DNA from: Mitosporidium daphniae
Taxonomy: Eukaryota
Length of the DNA: 58,615 nt
Reading direction: 5' to 3'
NCBI RefSeq assembly: GCF_000760515.2
Contig: NW_013546623.1
Span: 1-58,615 of the forward strand
In this document: positions 55,257 to 58,615 of the stretch, one piece after another
Layout of the letters: every line of letters starts with the position of its first letter
Numbering within the stretch: the first letter of the stretch is position 1
Notes under the pieces: model-generated
The model's input: only the letters and a program-made list of their open reading frames with translations
Databases searched by the model: none
What the model was told of the DNA's origin: nothing
Program-made: the position numbers and the translations under genes

Positions 55257-56024
55257 ATGGATTTAAAAAAGCGAAAACATCACTCACCCTCTGCCCAGTT
55301 TGTGGAGCAGCCATCTATTGCTGATCGATCTCCGAAACCGCCACCTTATTCAATAAGGTCCATCCCAAAAATAATCTTAATTTTATTATCGCTTTTATTT
55401 TCTTTTGTCGCTGTAACGTTTGTTTACGTAATGATCAATGGCAATTTCCACATTCTTGGCTTCAGAGGGTCGGAGAAGAGTGGCACAAGTACAAATACCA
55501 CCAAATTTCTATCAACCTTTCAATATGTCGAAATCACGGCTGCATATATGGATGAGCTTCGAAAGCTTAACACGGTTCTATTGCCAATTTCGTATTCGGA
55601 CTCGATGTATAGGATCATTTGCGAAAACACACGATTCAGCCGAATGGCGTTGAGAGAGGGGAGGTTTCCCACAGGTTCGATCACAGCAAGGATAGAAAGT
55701 CCAGCGATCACTGGCGTCTCGTTTGCCAAGCCAGGCCAGAATCCGGAAAAACATGTTTATATTATGACCATTGGGGTCCTTCCCCTATATCGAAGGTTTG
55801 GGATAGGATCTCACCTCTTGAAGGAACTTGAAGTGGAGGCCAAAACATTTAATTCAGAGGGACATCCATTTCACCTCACAGCCCTTCTTCTTCACGTCCA
55901 ATACAATAATACGGCAGCCATCGAATTTTATTCCAGAAACGGATTCAAGATGGTCAAAGATATTCCAAATTACTACGTCACCGTGCAGCCTCGAAGAGCT
56001 TATTTGCTTGCCAAAGAAATTTAA
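55257..56024 (+). CDS. NAA50: NAA50-like GNAT N-acetyltransferase with an N-terminal TM extension
   Basis: LRKLNTVLLPISYSD..Y, VYIMTIGVLPLYRRFGIGSHLL, LHVQYNN..AIEFY...GF......NYY..VQP..AYLL. Confidence 0.8.
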   Translation: MDLKKRKHHSPSAQFVEQPSIADRSPKPPPYSIRSIPKIILILLSLLFSFVAVTFVYVMINGNFHILGFRGSEKSGTSTNTTKFLSTFQYVEITAAYMDELRKLNTVLLPISYSDSMYRIICENTRFSRMALREGRFPTGSITARIESPAITGVSFAKPGQNPEKHVYIMTIGVLPLYRRFGIGSHLLKELEVEAKTFNSEGHPFHLTALLLHVQYNNTAAIEFYSRNGFKMVKDIPNYYVTVQPRRAYLLAKEI

Positions 56025-56063
56025 TAAACGAAATCTTTTGGCCACCAATTTTTATTTCACGCG

Positions 56064-56883
56064 ATGGATAAGCCTTCAGGGCCCACGAAGCAGCTGGTTC
56101 GGCTTGCCCTCTCCACTGCGGCAAAGAAAAAGGTCTTGAAAAGGCAAGAGGTCTTCGAAAACAGTAACGGTCCTTTTCACCTTCCTCTCTCATAGTTGAT
56201 TCGATCAAGGGCGATGGGGCCAAGCTAAAAAGCACTCTTGACGACGCCAATACACATTTACTGGCAATCTTTGGATATTACCTTGTTGATATTAAGCCAA
56301 AATCGGGTACTATTTCCGGGTCTCCAGAGACCCTCCCATCATCGACGTTTTGGTACAATAGCCAATGGATCGTTATCTCCAATTTGGATAGCAGAGACCA
56401 AATGCTGCTTCAGTTTTTGCCCAAATCAAACGAGAGCCTTTTTCATGGCCTAGTTGCGCTATCTATATTCTTCATCTCAATAACGTCTGGATCTAATAGA
56501 ACCGTTGAAGGCAGTGCTCTTTCCGCTTTTCTTAACAGATATGCGTCCTTGAGGGTAAAATGGTTCATCTCCGAAGCGGTGCGAGCCCTTTACCTGGAAA
56601 GACATAAAAGCTCTTCAGATGTCTTTTCGTCGGGTGATTATGTTGGCGATGAAGATGCCGAAGTGGAGCCTGACGATAAATGGCTTACCGCCTCGTTTGG
56701 ACTGGGTATAAGGTCACTTTTAGAATATTCCCCGCAGATTTTAACTTCGTTAGTACTTACCGTGTTATTTTCAACATTTTTTAGATTACCTCAATAGTCC
56801 CCGGTGATAAACTAAATCAGAATGCATCGGTGTCACCGGCCGCTTTGGAGACCTTTTTCCGGCAAAGCTTAAATTCTCGCTAA
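56064..56883 (+). CDS. NSE3: MAGE/Nse3 family SMC5/6 subunit, spliced
   Basis: KQLVRLAL...LKRQEV, ANTHLLAIFGYYLVDI, GLVALSIFFI....RTVEGSALSAFL, AVRALYLE, FGLGIRSLLEYS. Confidence 0.7.
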
Positions 56884-56910
56884 TTTAAATAAACAAGGAG
56901 CTCTTCACAC

Positions 56911-58341
56911 ATGATAAACATCCTTCAGGAATACATTCAGATAGATACGTCATCGCATCAAAATACCGATGCGTGTCTGGGCTTCTTGAAAAAAGTAATT
57001 GCAAACCGCTTTTCTGCAGACAAGCGAAATGCTCAATTTGGAGTATTTGGAAGTGGGGTCGCAACAGGAGCGTCAATTGCCAATCGTACTAATTGGGACT
57101 CCCAATTTCCGATCAACATTGACCAACACGCTGTTGATAAATGCTCATTATGACGTGGTGCCGGCAATGGCGGAGACTTGGAAACATCCTCCCTTTGGTG
57201 GCGTCATCGAGGACGGAAAACTATATGGCCGAGGAACTCAAGACTGCAAATCGCTGACGATTAGGTTGGGGACTATTTCCTTTCTCGTATTTATAGTGCG
57301 ATGATTGCCCTGTCGCAAATCAAGAGGCCTTTTTTGAGAAGTGTGATTATCTCAGTCATGCCAGGTAAGATGTATAAAATCCTTTCAAAGACGAGGAGGT
57401 GGGTGGGAGCAGGGGGATGGACATTTTTTCGCAATCGCAGCTTTTCAAAGAGCTCCGTGTAACACAGGTTCTAGATGAAGGTATTTTGACAGCATCTGTC
57501 GAAAATAGGAATTCCCTGCCCAACGGATGCGATGTATTTTTTTCCTGATGAGAGAGAAGCAAAATGTACGAAAAAGAAACACCAATTGTCACATAGGGAT
57601 CTCAATCGAATCAACATCAAAGGCAGCACATGCCAGCATACCGATGCAGGGGCAATCTGCAATTGATAGACTGGTATTTTGTGCACGCTTTTGATTAGAT
57701 TTCATTTCTTGTGACCGCAAAGGATACGATTGGCACCAAAATCAACGAAAATACGGTTGAGGAAATAGGCCAGAGCATCACCGTGAATGTTACTCGATTA
57801 ATGGTATGAAATTTTAGCAGAAGCTTTATTTCTAGGCAGGATATGCAGATAATGTTGTTCCTGGAGAAGCCAAGGCTAGTATGGTGATTTATAAAAAATG
57901 CCCTAGCCATCGATTTACGGGCGCCAAGATCTTTGATGAGAGCCTCTTTAACAAAAATAGATCAAATAGCGCAAGAAAAAGGGTACTCTGCTCCCTTAAC
58001 TATAACCAAGGGTTACATTGTGCCATGGTCCACCTGCTGCTGAATTTGACACAAATTCAAACGACTTTCAACAATCTCTAAAGTCAATACTAAACGGGAA
58101 AGGGATCGAAACAATATGGGCCATATTCCCCGGAGCTACAGGTATGCTCTGGAGATTTAACGATTTAGATAGCAGATACTTGAGATCAAAAGGCATACCT
58201 TGTATTGGATTTTCACCGATACGCCGTTGCCCGATCTTACTGCATTCGGAGGATGAATACATCCCAATTGATTCATACATGGAATCAATCTCAATATTCA
58301 AACATGTAATTGAGACATTGTGTGCAAAAAATACAATATGA
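56911..58341 (+). CDS. ACY1: Aminoacylase-1 (peptidase M20A), multi-exon
   Basis: LQEYIQIDT, LLINAHYDVVP, LYGRGTQDCKS, P|DEEVGG..GM, LDEG, T|DSRYLR..GIPCIGFSP...ILLHSEDEY. Confidence 0.9.
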
Positions 58342-58342
58342 G

Positions 58343-58615
58343 CTAAAAGTTATCCAAATTTTCAATAATCTCTGAAATAACGTCGCCTTCAATTACGTCG
58401 TTGGCAAGCATGGCATAGAGTTCACCAAGGGGGATAATGTCCCCGGACGTTAGATCCCTAATTGGATCTAACAAATAGAGCGTTTCCATCGAGTGCAATC
58501 GTTTTGAAGGCGTGCCATTCTCAATCCCACCAAGATTCCTCCTAAAAGAGGCGCAACTATCATAACAAGGCGACTGATCAGGAGCTTTTGAAATGCCATC
58601 TGAATCTGAAGAGAC
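58343..58615 (-). CDS. 3' end of an unidentified gene running off the window
   Basis: Open frame of 91 codons from the window edge to TAG at 58343-58345 (...LYAMLANDVIEGDVISEIIENLDNF*). Confidence 0.5.
   Translation of the reverse strand, partial: VSSDSDGISKAPDQSPCYDSCASFRRNLGGIENGTPSKRLHSMETLYLLDPIRDLTSGDIIPLGELYAMLANDVIEGDVISEIIENLDNF

Noticed and set aside
58449..58472. 9-bp inverted repeat GTTAGATCC/GGATCTAAC
   Set aside because: Inside an open reading frame; an isolated stem of this size is expected by chance in 58 kb.

Overview
Gene-dense eukaryotic nuclear DNA with about 40 protein-coding genes, many GT-AG introns of only about 23-35 nt and intergenic gaps often under 100 bp. The gene content is fungus-like: an AA11 chitin LPMO, LCB2, SWI3, EFR3, BDF1, TRM82 and NSE3. 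It retains a genome-bearing, ATP-making mitochondrion (ATP12, bL28m, MGE1, SFC1-type carrier, COQ5, PTC7) and Arp2/3 (ARPC1). Together with the compaction, this suggests by inference an early-diverging microsporidia/Rozellomycota-type parasite (Mitosporidium/Paramicrosporidium-like) rather than a canonical mitosome-bearing microsporidian. Several real genes (MBF1, COQ5, NSE3, the Smr protein) are broken up or absent in the ORF track because of micro-introns. Best leads: (1) a structured intergenic element with a telomerase-template-like CUAACCCUAA followed by a possible pseudoknot; (2) a PTC7 with a predicted in-frame intron encoding a transmembrane helix, as in yeast PTC7; (3) two back-to-back micro-introns with a zero-nucleotide exon in COQ5; (4) a secreted AA11 LPMO; (5) LCB2 overlapping a sphingomyelin/IPC-synthase gene tail-to-tail, plus a catalytically dead paralog of that synthase; (6) two Cdc20-family genes lacking IR tails; (7) a membrane-anchored NAA50; (8) a repeat-rich secreted protein with polar-tube-protein-like architecture. 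Family calls come from motifs recognised by eye and exon boundaries are manual predictions; no searches were run.
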